Part shown: positions 9,668-19,344 of the stretch, one piece after another
How the letters are laid out: every line of letters begins with the position of its first letter
Numbering within the stretch: the stretch's first letter is position 1
NCBI GenBank assembly: GCA_050996975.1
Contig: JBPCRJ010000166.1
Location: 3,390 to 67,389 of the forward strand
Direction: 5' to 3'
Length of the DNA stretch: 64,000 nt
DNA from: Solirubrobacteraceae bacterium
GTDB lineage: Bacteria > Actinomycetota > Thermoleophilia > Solirubrobacterales > Solirubrobacteraceae
Program-made: the position numbers and the translations under genes
The notes under the pieces: model-generated
Seen by the model: the letters and a program-made list of their open reading frames with translations, nothing else
Database searches by the model: none
What the model was told of the DNA's origin: nothing

Positions 9668-9703
9668 GTGTGGACGACAAGCACGCTCGACGAGGAGGAC
9701 GAT

Positions 9704-10048
9704 ATGAAGTACGCCCTGTTGATCTACGAAGCTTCCGGCGCCTACGACGGCTTGAGCGACGAGCAGCGCAGCCAGGTGTCCGGCGACTACATCGCCATCA
9801 CGACAGACGACCGCGTCGTGGGCGGCGCGCAGCTGCAGCCGATCGAGTCGGCGACGACCGTGCGGGTGCAAGACGGGCGGACCCTGACGACGGACGGCCC
9901 GTTCGCCGAGACCAAGGAGGTGTTTGGCGGCTATTACCTGCTCGAGGCCGACGATCTCGACGCGGCACTGGAGGTCGCGGCGCGGATCCCCGCGGCGCGA
10001 ATGGGCGGCTCGGTCGAGATCCGCGCGGTGGTGGAGCCGTCGCGCTGA
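9704..10048 (+). CDS. YciI/DGPF-family protein
   Basis: MKYALLIY, TDGPFAETKEVFGGYY, GSVEIR; SD GAGGAGG upstream. Confidence 0.92.
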   Translation: MKYALLIYEASGAYDGLSDEQRSQVSGDYIAITTDDRVVGGAQLQPIESATTVRVQDGRTLTTDGPFAETKEVFGGYYLLEADDLDAALEVAARIPAARMGGSVEIRAVVEPSR

Positions 10049-10235
10049 TCGAGCGGGTCTTCCAACCAAGGAGATCGCCGGCCAGATCGCCGAGGGCCGC
10101 GCCACGCTGGACCGGGCGCTCGCGCTGCACGGCCGCGGCGCCTACGTCGTGGATGCGGCGATCGCGTCGCTGCAGGCCGCCGAGCGGCTCGACTGGCCGC
10201 AGATCGCCGCGTTGTATGGCGAACTCGTCTGTCCC
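10031..10235 (+). pseudogene. Internally deleted ECF42-type sigma factor remnant
   Basis: An N-terminal stub (ALIERVF) is joined out of frame to a C-terminal segment IAEGRATLDRALAL..GAY..AAIA..LDWPQIAALYGEL, typical of ECF42; it lies directly after a DGPF gene. Confidence 0.7.
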
Positions 10236-10256
10236 CCGGGCGGCCGCCCGTTCGTC
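10230..10256 (+). promoter_or_regulatory. Second putative ECF42-type promoter TGTCCC-N17-CGTC
   Basis: Followed by SD AAGGAGGT (10278-10285) and ATG 10291 of a 28-codon stub. Confidence 0.5.
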
Positions 10257-10403
10257 GTATCGACGACGACCCTTCAAAAGGAGGTAAGCGATGCCACCCG
10301 ACGCAACCACCCGCCCGCAGCGCACACCAGACAACCAGCAGGCCTCGACGTCGCTACCTCTTCACGTGGTGCTGTGAGCGGAGGGCTTCGCGTGCTAGCC
10401 GCG

Positions 10404-11045
10404 TCAGGCCTCCGGCTCCTCCGCAGGTTCACCGGCTGGCTCGGCCTCCAGGAGGACTCGCGCCGGACCTGAAGGCGCCCACGTCTCCCACGCCAGCAGC
10501 GCCTCCGCCCAGCCGGGCTTGGCGAGGACCTCGATCGCCTCGGGCCGCTGAGCGTCGAGTCCGGCCAGCAGTCTCACCTGCCCCTCGTGCAGCAGCTCCC
10601 ACACCGACTGCTCGGCGACCGCGAGGCGGTCGCTCACGCGCCAGGAGGGATGACGCTCACCGGCGAGCCGCGCCACGTGGTCAACGGCGAGACGACCATC
10701 GGCGCAGCGAGCGGTGATCTTCTGCTTGAGCTCGTGCACTCCTTCGCGCCCGGGCTGATCCCGAGCCCGGAGCGCATCCTGCGCTTCCTCGATTACCCGA
10801 GCGGTCACCTCGGTCCCGCCCCGGGTCGCGTTCGCCCACCCGCGCCCCATCCCGATCTCATCCGGTCTCAGCCGCGCGCCCTCGTAGATCTCCAGCCGCG
10901 CTCGCTCCGGTGCCCACCGCCGGTCCTGGCACTCGACGGCCTGACCCGCTACCCAGGCGGCGAGGATCGTGTCCTCGAGCTCTTCTCGGGTGAGGTTGAA
11001 GACGCGCGCGACGTGGGGGAATTGACGCAGCTCGATGTGAAACAC
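10404..11045 (-). CDS. Hypothetical protein
   Basis: 213-aa ORF with globular-protein composition; no family recognised. Confidence 0.7.
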   Translation of the reverse strand: MFHIELRQFPHVARVFNLTREELEDTILAAWVAGQAVECQDRRWAPERARLEIYEGARLRPDEIGMGRGWANATRGGTEVTARVIEEAQDALRARDQPGREGVHELKQKITARCADGRLAVDHVARLAGERHPSWRVSDRLAVAEQSVWELLHEGQVRLLAGLDAQRPEAIEVLAKPGWAEALLAWETWAPSGPARVLLEAEPAGEPAEEPEA

Positions 11046-11117
11046 GCCAGTTAGGGTCGCACGCCACGGAACGAAGCCGGTCTGTTTACGCTTTGAGATC
11101 CCCGAGGCGATCGCGCT

Positions 11118-11627
11118 TCATGACCGCTCGGTGCCTTTCTCGGAGCGGAAGCGCTCCCTCGCCTCGTCGATCGTCAGCAGCGCCTGCTCGCGGTCGGCCC
11201 AGCCCCTGACCTCGGACTCCCGGCCGGGGTCAAGGTCCTTGTAGACCGAGAAGAAGTGGGTGATCTCGCGCCGTAGCTGGTCGGGCAGATCATCGACCTG
11301 CTCAAAGTGATTCCAACCCGGGTCACCACACGGAACGCAGACCACCGTGTCGTCGGTCCCCTCTTCGTCGTCCATCTTGAACATGCCGATCGGCTTGACC
11401 AGCACGATGCAGCCGGGGAAGGTGGGCTCCGAGACGCAGACGAGTGCGTCCAGCTCATCCCCGTCGAGCGCGAGCGTCCGAGGGAAGTAGCCGTAATCGG
11501 TGGGGTAGACAACCGACGCCGAGATGAAGCGGTCGAACCTGATCCCACCGTACTCGGGGTCGTACTCGTACTTGTTGCGGCTACCCTTGGGGATCTCGAC
11601 GATGCAGACGAGCGGCTCGGGGCTCAC
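11118..11627 (-). CDS. ppa: Inorganic pyrophosphatase (family I)
   Basis: EIPKGSRNKYEYD, YPTDYG, DGDELDALV, HFFSVYKDL. Confidence 0.93.
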   Translation of the reverse strand: MSPEPLVCIVEIPKGSRNKYEYDPEYGGIRFDRFISASVVYPTDYGYFPRTLALDGDELDALVCVSEPTFPGCIVLVKPIGMFKMDDEEGTDDTVVCVPCGDPGWNHFEQVDDLPDQLRREITHFFSVYKDLDPGRESEVRGWADREQALLTIDEARERFRSEKGTERS

Positions 11628-11929
11628 GTATCGGTGCTCACGGATCGCTGCACTGCGTCGACGGCGCGCTTGGTTCCCGCCAGCGACGCCCCGGTGGACT
11701 GGCGATAGACCTTCATCGCCGGAAGCCTGCGGCGCTCGGCGAGCAATCGCCGGACCTCATCGGGCACGGCGGGCGCGGCGCCGTCCTCGAGCTCCTCGAC
11801 GCTCACGCCCAGCCGCTGCGCCAGGTAGGCGACCTGCGTCTCCAGTGCAGCGAGACGGTCGGCGGTGAGCGCCGACGGATTGAGGACGTTGCGGAGCTTG
11901 TCGGATCCGGATCGAGCTGGCAAGGACAT
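11624..11929 (-). CDS. Small protein with ribosomal L7/L12 C-terminal-like domain
   Basis: AMKVYRQSTGASLAGTKRAVDA matches the AIK.YR..TG..L.EAK..V pattern; GGAGG upstream; stop overlaps the ppa start. Confidence 0.6.
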   Translation of the reverse strand: MSLPARSGSDKLRNVLNPSALTADRLAALETQVAYLAQRLGVSVEELEDGAAPAVPDEVRRLLAERRRLPAMKVYRQSTGASLAGTKRAVDAVQRSVSTDT

Positions 11930-12299
11930 CGTGTACCTCCAATCGCCGGGGGAGTGTTCGACTCGGTGCTACCCGTCCCTCGGACTCCAGGAACTCGAAC
12001 CATATGCGCCAGATTGCAGAACGAGCGGGCGTGAAGCCCGCTCGACCCTGCAGATCGCGCTCCCCCTGACTTCATACGAGCCCCAGGACTTAATGTTGAG
12101 CCTGGTGGCAAAACACTCCCGGCCCCTAGTAGGACCAAGTGAGGAGCGGCCTAGAAGCAGGGTAGCGCGACTCATGCTCCGGCGGGTGGAGCCGTACGCG
12201 GCCCGCGACCTCGACACCGTCTAGGTGCTCCCCGGTGCGACGTAGCGCCATGACGCGCGCGCGCCACGCCTGCGCGAGGCCATGGGCGGCGCACGCGCT

Positions 12300-13733
12300 T
12301 CACGCTGGGGCCACCGCCATCTCGGCGAGCAGCTCATCGGCGACCGAGGTCAGGTCCGCGCGCAGGTGGCCGCAGATCACATCCCTGAGCAACGACCGGA
12401 GATGCTCCGCCAGCTCGTCGACGAGCGCATCGACCCTCAGCTGTGCGGGCGCGAGGCCGGTGACCACGGCGCGCTCGAGCGAGATCGCGTGCGCGGTTCG
12501 CTCCGCCAGCGCCGCCTGATCGGACGGCTTGGCGCAGATCACGGCCAGCCGCTGAGCCAGGCGTCCGCTGCTCGGACCTTCGGGCTCGAGCAGCGCTCGG
12601 AGCGCGAGCAGGTAGTCGGTCAGGGCCTCGAACGGGGCCAGCCGCTCGCACCCCATCTCGAAACGAGCGAACGCCCACGCCAACTCGCCGGAGCCGGATG
12701 ACTCGTACCCCGAGCCGCTGCATGCCTCGGGCGCGGCCCGGGTGTGCGAGGCCAGAGGCCGAGCGCCGGACGACTTGCGCGCCGGCCAATCCAGCGAGGC
12801 CGGAAGCTGAGCGCGCGGCGAGTGCGAGCGCAGGTACGAGGGCGCGCGTCGCGAAACGAGGTTGCAGAATGCCCGCAGCTCGTCCTCCTGGGCCGCGGAG
12901 ATCAAGGTGAGCAGCCGCGGGCGGCCGCTGCCGCTAAACGCCACCGGGCGCCAGCTGCCACCGTCCATCCGCGTCCACGCGACCGGGCCGATCGCGTACC
13001 CACCCCGCTCGAACAGCCGCAGCGCACTCAGCAGGCGCCTGAAGCGAGCTCTCGCCACCGGCACCAACGGGCGCGTCGATCGCTCCTGGGCGACCGACAG
13101 CACCGCCAGCACGTTGGGCTCGCCGGTGACCCACCCCTCCGGGCCGTGGGGACCCCAGACGGCTTCGGTGGGGGCATCGCTCAGCGTGTCGCCCCGCACG
13201 AGCGAAAGGCCGTCCCCCAGCGCCAGCTCGTTGGTCTTGGGGTCGAGCGCAACCCCCAGCAGAGGCGCGATCACGGTCGTCATGCAGGACCCCCCGTATA
13301 ACGCCCGCTCCAGCTCGTCGTAGGCCGCCTCGAAGCGATCGCGGTCAAATCCGAACTCGCTGCGCTCGGCGAACACCACGGCGAGGAAGCAGCGCAGCGC
13401 GGCGTCGGCGCGCTCCCGCGGCGCGTCGGGCACCCTGGCCTCGCCGCGCGTCCGCAGGTAGGTTTCGACGCTGTCCAGAGTAGTCAAGGCTGATGCCGCC
13501 GGCGCGTAGGTCGCGAGCGCCGCGAGCAGTCCGAGGCGCTCGCGGATGAACGCGCCGGTCAGCGGCCGGTAGCAGTAGAGCGAAACGCGATCGCCAGGCT
13601 CTTCGATCACCTCGAACGGGACCTCGGCGCCGCGCGCTGTCTCGATCGACAGCTGGCCGGCCGAGTCGGCGGTGAACGCCTCGAGGATCGCGTGAAGCGT
13701 GCCGTTGCGCACGTTCGCCGATTTCGCGCTCAT
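12300..13733 (-). CDS. Hypothetical protein with C-terminal ApeA/HEPN-like helical domain
   Basis: Long ORF; ALTDYLLALRALL...RLAQRLAVI pattern resembles ApeA-HEPN; the start may be GTG 13712. Confidence 0.6.
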   Translation of the reverse strand: MSAKSANVRNGTLHAILEAFTADSAGQLSIETARGAEVPFEVIEEPGDRVSLYCYRPLTGAFIRERLGLLAALATYAPAASALTTLDSVETYLRTRGEARVPDAPRERADAALRCFLAVVFAERSEFGFDRDRFEAAYDELERALYGGSCMTTVIAPLLGVALDPKTNELALGDGLSLVRGDTLSDAPTEAVWGPHGPEGWVTGEPNVLAVLSVAQERSTRPLVPVARARFRRLLSALRLFERGGYAIGPVAWTRMDGGSWRPVAFSGSGRPRLLTLISAAQEDELRAFCNLVSRRAPSYLRSHSPRAQLPASLDWPARKSSGARPLASHTRAAPEACSGSGYESSGSGELAWAFARFEMGCERLAPFEALTDYLLALRALLEPEGPSSGRLAQRLAVICAKPSDQAALAERTAHAISLERAVVTGLAPAQLRVDALVDELAEHLRSLLRDVICGHLRADLTSVADELLAEMAVAPA

Positions 13734-13807
13734 AGCGTTCGATCCTGCCGGCGAACCGGTGCTTGCATCAATCGCCCCGAGGGCCAGACGGCCGACGCTG
13801 GACGGGT

Positions 13808-14290
13808 TCAGTCAGCCGCGGGTTGCCCGGAGTCCGTCGAGTCGGAGGGCTCACGCTCGATTTCGGCCAGGTGGGCCACGTTCTCAGCGTCGCTCTGCTG
13901 CCCGCTGTATCGGCTCGCGAACCAGGCATCGAGAATCTCAGCCAGGCCAGCCTCCGAGACCAGACGCAAGCTCAGCGCCAGGACGTTCGCGTCGTTCCAG
14001 AGGCGGGCGCCCTGCGCGGTCTGGGCGTCGGCGCACAGCGCGGCGCGGATCCCCGGCACCTTGTTGGCGGCGATCGACGCGCCGGTTCCGGTCCAGCAGG
14101 CGACGACGGCCTGCTCGGCGCGTCCCTCAGCGACATCCCGGGCCGCGGTCTCGCTCGCCCAGGCCCAGTCAGCGCGTTCGGACTGCACGTAGGCACCGTG
14201 CAGAACCGGCTCATGCCCCCGGCGGCGAAGCTCCTCGGGCAGCGCCAGCGCGACGCCGGTCAGCTCATCCGCCGCAAGGGCGATCAGCAT
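13808..14290 (-). CDS. rpiB: RpiB/LacA/LacB sugar-phosphate isomerase
   Basis: ACWTGTGASIAANKVPGIRAAL, ARLWNDANVLAL. Confidence 0.85.
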   Translation of the reverse strand: MLIALAADELTGVALALPEELRRRGHEPVLHGAYVQSERADWAWASETAARDVAEGRAEQAVVACWTGTGASIAANKVPGIRAALCADAQTAQGARLWNDANVLALSLRLVSEAGLAEILDAWFASRYSGQQSDAENVAHLAEIEREPSDSTDSGQPAAD

Positions 14291-14298
14291 CGGCCCGA

Positions 14299-14673
14299 TC
14301 AGGCCGCGACAACTGCCGGCTCGCGCTCGTGGCGCGGCGTCGCCGGACAATCCTCCGCGCGCGAGGCGCTCAGCCACTCAAGCCCGTAGGCGCGCATGTC
14401 GTCGATCAGCGGCAGCAGCGCAGCACCCTTGACGCTCAGCGCGTACTCGACCCGGGGCGGAACCTCGGGATAGGTGTGCCGCTCAACGATCCCCTCCTGT
14501 TCGAGCGCTCGTAAGCGCAACGACAGCGTGCGAGGACTGATTCCGCGCAGCGAACGCTCCAACTCGCAGAAGCGTGAGCGACCGTCGGCGAGATCCCGGA
14601 TCACCAGCAGCGTCCACTTGCCGCACACGATCTCGGCTGTGCGACACACCGGACAGGTGTCGTTCGAGGCCAT
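14299..14673 (-). CDS. HxlR-family winged-helix regulator
   Basis: CPV..TAEIVCGKWTLLVIRDL, YPEVPPRVEYALS. Confidence 0.9.
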   Translation of the reverse strand: MASNDTCPVCRTAEIVCGKWTLLVIRDLADGRSRFCELERSLRGISPRTLSLRLRALEQEGIVERHTYPEVPPRVEYALSVKGAALLPLIDDMRAYGLEWLSASRAEDCPATPRHEREPAVVAA

Positions 14674-14795
14674 CGCACAACGACTGTAGCACAATACTTT
14701 ACGAACTGAAGCGCCGTATCGGCGCGAACGGGGGCGACCGGCGCCCCCCCCTCGGAGCGGCTTCCGGCGTCCTGGGTCGGCGGGAGCCGCCCGGC

Positions 14796-15896
14796 CTACG
14801 CCACGTCGCGCAGCTTCTGCGCCTCGGCCAGCGACTGCAGCTTCTTCAGCGACTGGTTCTCGATCTGGCGGATCCGCTCACGGGTGACATTGAAGGTCCG
14901 CCCGACCTCGTCGAGCGTCCGGGGATGCTCCCCGCCAAGCCCGTAGCGCAGCTCGAGCACCCGGCGCTCGCGGTAGCTCAAATTCTCGAGCGCCTCACGC
15001 AGCGCCTCCTTGGTCAGGATCTCCGCGGCCCGTTCGTAGGGCGACTCGGCCCGCTCATCGGCGATGAACTGGCCGAACTCGGATTCCTCTTCATCGCCGA
15101 CCGGCTTCTCGAGCGATACCGGAGCCTGGGCCGAGCGCTTGATCGACTCGACCTCGTCGGGCTCGATCCCCGTCACCTCGGCGATCTCCTCGGCCGTCGG
15201 CTCACGGCCGAGCTCGGTGACGAGCTTTCGCTCCGCGCGACCGATCTTGTTGAGTTTCTCGACGACATGCACCGGGATCCGGATCGTGCGGGCCTTGTCC
15301 GCCAGCGCGCGGGCGATCGCCTGGCGGATCCACCAAGTCGCGTAAGTGGAGAACTTGAAGCCCTTGCGGTAATCGAATTTCTCCGCCGCGCGCACCAGAC
15401 CGAGCGTCCCCTCCTGGATCAGGTCCAGAAACGGCAGCCCCTGGTTGCGGTAGTTCTTGGCGATCGAGACCACGAGGCGAAGGTTGGACTCGACCATTTT
15501 CTGCTTGGCATCGAGATCTCCACGTTCGATCCGCTTGGCGAGATCGACCTCCTCCTGAGCGGTCAGCAGGCGCACCTTCCCGATGTCCTTCAGGAACAGC
15601 TGAAGGGAGTCAGTCGTCATGTCCGGCTTCAGGTCGAGCGCGGTCTTGGGCTTGCGCCGGGCGCGCTTGTCTGGCGCGCGCTCGACTTCGGCCGCCGAGA
15701 TCGCCGGATCGACCTCCTCCACGAGCTCGATCTCCGCTCGCTCCAGGAAGCCGTGCAGCTCTTCGACGTCGGCCTCGTCCAGATCGAGCTCGGCGACCGC
15801 GCCAGTGATCTCGGCATAGGTGAGCACGCCAAGCTGCTGGCCGCGATTCATCAGGCCCTTGATCTCTTCGAGCTCCTGCAGTTCAGCTACTGACAT
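14796..15896 (-). CDS. rpoD: Primary-type sigma-70 factor (RpoD/SigA)
   Basis: Region 1.1-like start, [40 protein letters not shown]. Confidence 0.9.
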   Translation of the reverse strand: MSVAELQELEEIKGLMNRGQQLGVLTYAEITGAVAELDLDEADVEELHGFLERAEIELVEEVDPAISAAEVERAPDKRARRKPKTALDLKPDMTTDSLQLFLKDIGKVRLLTAQEEVDLAKRIERGDLDAKQKMVESNLRLVVSIAKNYRNQGLPFLDLIQEGTLGLVRAAEKFDYRKGFKFSTYATWWIRQAIARALADKARTIRIPVHVVEKLNKIGRAERKLVTELGREPTAEEIAEVTGIEPDEVESIKRSAQAPVSLEKPVGDEEESEFGQFIADERAESPYERAAEILTKEALREALENLSYRERRVLELRYGLGGEHPRTLDEVGRTFNVTRERIRQIENQSLKKLQSLAEAQKLRDVA

Positions 15897-16267
15897 CTCG
15901 TTCCGATCCAATTCGATCTGGGCTGGTTCTCCGTCGTGTCCGCCGGCCGATAGCCGATGAACCAAGCGCGGTGCCCGAAGGGCGCAAGCCCGCAACTCAA
16001 CACTACGCTATGAGTATAGCCGCAATTTTGTGGACTCAAACGGTCGAGGCGGGCCGCGGCCCTGTCCGGGCTGGGCCACGACCCAGCGCCGTGACGCCCC
16101 GCCCTGATCGGCGCGCGGTTGACTGTGCCGCGACCCGATGACGCGACCGTCTCAACCCGGCGCCGCGCCAGCGGGGCTCATATTCACAACAGATACGCAG
16201 AACCGCCCGCGCAGTTTCACAACCGCTTCTCGATCGGTCACGGATTACGTATACTGCCCAGCTTCCA

Positions 16268-16400
16268 GGCCGAGCGGTTGTCCGTCTGCGGACGACCGGC
16301 GGGGGAACCACTTGCGGCCGCAGGGGCCGCAGGGGCGAATCGGTCCACTCCCGGACCGTAGCGCTCACCAGCGCGAGCCCGTCAGCTCACCCCGTAGGCA
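16268..16400 (+). ncRNA. Cyclic di-AMP (ydaO/yuaA) riboswitch
   Basis: Conserved blocks in order: GCCGA, GGGGAACCA, GGGGCGAATC, GTAG, GAGCCCGTCAGCTCACCCCGTAGGC; TATACT -10 at 16250-16255; sits upstream of a cell-wall enzyme gene. Confidence 0.88.
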
Positions 16401-16426
16401 TACCGCAGGAGGACTGACCGCCAATC

Positions 16427-17221
16427 GTGAGCCGCCATGTCATCGCTTTTCTGGCTGTCCTGCTCCTGATGAGCGCGCTCGCGCTGCCGTCGGCCGGGCT
16501 CGCGGCTACGGGAGGCGCGGGAGTCGGCGCCCCACGGTCCGGCGCTAGGTTCAGCGTCCCTGGTGTCAGCGTCCAGCCCGGCGAGGAGACCGTGACCGCC
16601 AGCGGCGACGGGATCGCGGTCGCAGCACGCGCCTCGGCCCTGTTGCGCGGGCGGTTGCAGTTCACCGGCACGGTGCCACGGTCGAGCGCGGGCGATTCGA
16701 TCGAGATCGAGCGACTGGGCCGGCAGACCGGCGGGGTGTGGGCGCCCACGGTCCACACCACAGCGCGCGCGGGCGGCTCGTTCGTAGCCGTCTGGCAGAC
16801 CAACCACATCGGCCGTTTCGCGATCAGAGCCGTGATCGAGCGCCGCCGGCGTGCGGCTTCCGCCTCCCCGCGGCCCCGCACCTCCCCGAGCCTCAGCGTG
16901 ACCGTGTACCGATCCGCGATCGCCACGCAGTACGGCCCCGGCTTCTACGGCCAGACGACGGCCTGCGGACAGGTGCTGCGGCGGAACACGATCGGAGTCG
17001 CAAACCGTACGCTGCCCTGCGGCACGCCGGTCGCGATCTACTACCAGGGACAGACGATCGTCGTCCCGGTGATCGACCGCGGCCCATACGCGAACCACGC
17101 CGACTGGGATCTGACCGAAGCCACCGGCAAGCTGCTGGCGATGGACGGAACCGCCACGATCGGTGCCGTTTCACTGGCGCCGGGTGCCGTTTCACCGGCG
17201 CAGGGCCACCAGAGCCGCTGA
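16427..17221 (+). CDS. Secreted RlpA-like (DPBB) lytic transglycosylase family protein
   Basis: Signal peptide; ATQYGPGFYGQTTACG, VANRTLPCGT, VIDRGPY, WDLT; SD AGGAGG. Confidence 0.85.
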   Translation: MSRHVIAFLAVLLLMSALALPSAGLAATGGAGVGAPRSGARFSVPGVSVQPGEETVTASGDGIAVAARASALLRGRLQFTGTVPRSSAGDSIEIERLGRQTGGVWAPTVHTTARAGGSFVAVWQTNHIGRFAIRAVIERRRRAASASPRPRTSPSLSVTVYRSAIATQYGPGFYGQTTACGQVLRRNTIGVANRTLPCGTPVAIYYQGQTIVVPVIDRGPYANHADWDLTEATGKLLAMDGTATIGAVSLAPGAVSPAQGHQSR

Positions 17222-17285
17222 GGAGCCGCGGGCGGGGACCGGGGCGGCCCGGTGCCGGGGCGACTGGCGGGGGACAATGTGGCCG

Positions 17286-18512
17286 ATGGGCTGCACCCTG
17301 GCCACCAAACTGATCACGGTCTCGCATGCGCGCGAGATCGTGCGCAGCGCCGCGCAGACGCTGGGCGAGGAGCGAATACCGGTCGCGCAGGCGCTTGATC
17401 GCGTGCTCGCGCGCGACGTGCTCGCCGCCGGCGACGCTCCGCCGTTTTCGTGCTCGGCGATGGACGGCTACGCCGTCATCCCCGGGCGGGGCGGGCGGGA
17501 CATGAGCGTGGTCGGGGAATCCCGCGCGGGAGCACCATCGCAGCACCGGGTGGCCGACGGCGAGGCGATCCGGATCTCCACCGGCGCGGCGGTCCCCGCC
17601 GGGGCGACGTCGGTCGTCCGCCAGGAGGACGTCGAGGAGCGCGGCTCGGGAACTGTCACACATATTCACACCACGTCAGACGTGGAGCCGGGGGCAAACG
17701 TCAGAGCGGCGGCCGAGGATCTACGCCGCGGGACGATGGTTCTGGCGGCGGGGACCGTCCTCGGACCGGCTGAGCTTGGCGCCGCGGTCACCGCGGGGGC
17801 TGGATACGTCCTCACCGTGCGCCGGCCGGTGGTTGCCGTGATGTGCACCGGCGATGAGCTCCGAGCTCCCGGAGAGGCACTCGGGCGGGGCGAGATCCAC
17901 GACTGCAATGCCGTCATGCTTTCGGCGCTGGTGCGGCGATCGGGAGCGACCGTCGCCCAGGCCGCTCGCCTGCGCGATGATCGCCCCAGCACCGAGGCGG
18001 CCCTCTCGTCGGCGCTCGCACGGATCGACGTGCTGATCGTCTCCGGTGGAGTATCGGTCGGTCGCCACGACCATGTCAGGGCGGCGCTGGCCGCGCTCGG
18101 GGTGCGCGCGCTGTTCTCGGGGGTGGCCCTTCAGCCGGGCAAGCCGACCTTCTTTGGCGAGCGAGACGGCAAGCTGATATTCGGGCTTCCCGGCAACCCG
18201 GTCTCGGCCTTCGTCACGTTCTCGCTGTTCGCTTCACCGGCGCTGGCCGCGCTACGCGGCGCGAAGATCGAAGCGATGCCCCAGACCCGCGCCCGCCTCG
18301 CCGTCGCGGTTGCGCGCAAGCCCGGCCGTGAGCAGGCGCTGCGCGTACGCCTCGAGGCGCGGGGCTCCGCGCTCGTCGCGCACCCCAACGGTCCCCAGGG
18401 CTCGCATCTGGTCTCCGCGCTGCTGGGAGCCAACGCGCTCGCCCTGATCCCCCCCGGAGACGGGGTGCTCGAGGCGGGATCGACGATCGGCCTTGAGCCA
18501 CTGCCGGGCTGA
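17286..18512 (+). CDS. moeA: Molybdopterin molybdotransferase
   Basis: PPFSCSAMDGYA, ISTGA, TGDEL, SGGVSVG..D, QPGKP, GLPGNPVS. Confidence 0.92.
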   Translation: MGCTLATKLITVSHAREIVRSAAQTLGEERIPVAQALDRVLARDVLAAGDAPPFSCSAMDGYAVIPGRGGRDMSVVGESRAGAPSQHRVADGEAIRISTGAAVPAGATSVVRQEDVEERGSGTVTHIHTTSDVEPGANVRAAAEDLRRGTMVLAAGTVLGPAELGAAVTAGAGYVLTVRRPVVAVMCTGDELRAPGEALGRGEIHDCNAVMLSALVRRSGATVAQAARLRDDRPSTEAALSSALARIDVLIVSGGVSVGRHDHVRAALAALGVRALFSGVALQPGKPTFFGERDGKLIFGLPGNPVSAFVTFSLFASPALAALRGAKIEAMPQTRARLAVAVARKPGREQALRVRLEARGSALVAHPNGPQGSHLVSALLGANALALIPPGDGVLEAGSTIGLEPLPG

Positions 18513-18521
18513 GCTCTGCCG

Positions 18522-19202
18522 ATGATCGCGATCCTCGTGCTGGTGACCTGCGCGCTGCTCGCCTCTCGCCGACGGCGACGCAGCCGCCGACCGGCGCACG
18601 CGGTGATCGTCTCGCCGCGCAAGTCGACGGTGATCGCGCAGGACGGCGGCGTGCGCTCGGTGCAGTCGGTACAGCTCACGCTGGCCGAGCCCGACCTCGC
18701 GCGGCTATGTAACGCGGCCAGCCTCGAGAACCTGGGGCGAACGTACTGGCGCTTTCTCTCCCGGATGACCGTCGGACTGATCCGCGTCGTCTACGGGCAC
18801 AACGAACGCTCGGTGGTGCTGCTCGGCCGCCCGCTGACGCTGCTGCGCTTTGAAGCCCCCGAATACATACTCGAGCCCGGGCACGGCAGCATCTGCTGGC
18901 GGATCCGCGACGGCCTGCTCGTCGCTCGCGGCGGGCGTGGCCGCGGCTACCTGGCGATCGACGTCAGGCGCTCGGACACGGACGCGGCGAGCCCGTTCCG
19001 GCTAGAGGACCGGGCGACGCTCCAGATCGAGGTCGAAGTCGCCAACTTCTATCCTGCGCTCGCGGTGGGCTTCAGCACGCCCTTCTACGAGGCGACGCAG
19101 TCATCGATCCACGTGCTGGTCACCCACGCATTCCTGCGCTCACTCGCCAAGCTCGATCTGGCCAAGTCCAGAGTGGGACGATTCGCGCTGCACCGACCGT
19201 AG
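18522..19202 (+). CDS. Hypothetical protein
   Basis: 226-aa ORF co-oriented behind moeA; start uncertain; no family recognised. Confidence 0.6.
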   Translation: MIAILVLVTCALLASRRRRRSRRPAHAVIVSPRKSTVIAQDGGVRSVQSVQLTLAEPDLARLCNAASLENLGRTYWRFLSRMTVGLIRVVYGHNERSVVLLGRPLTLLRFEAPEYILEPGHGSICWRIRDGLLVARGGRGRGYLAIDVRRSDTDAASPFRLEDRATLQIEVEVANFYPALAVGFSTPFYEATQSSIHVLVTHAFLRSLAKLDLAKSRVGRFALHRP

Positions 19203-19293
19203 TGACCCTGCGGACAGGGGCGATTCGCGCTGCGTCGACCGTCGTGACCCTGCGGACTGGGACGATTCGCGCTGGGTCGACCGTCGTGACCCC
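19175..19293. repeat. 42-bp tandem repeat, ~3 copies, spanning the stop of the preceding gene
   Basis: cgattcgcgctg starts at 19179, 19221 and 19263; a further 13-bp duplication (gaccttatctgc) lies at ~19307-19330. Confidence 0.9.
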
Positions 19294-19344
19294 CTCGACG
19301 GTGGCGACCTTATCTGCGGACCTTATCTGCCGGCCGCGAACGAG

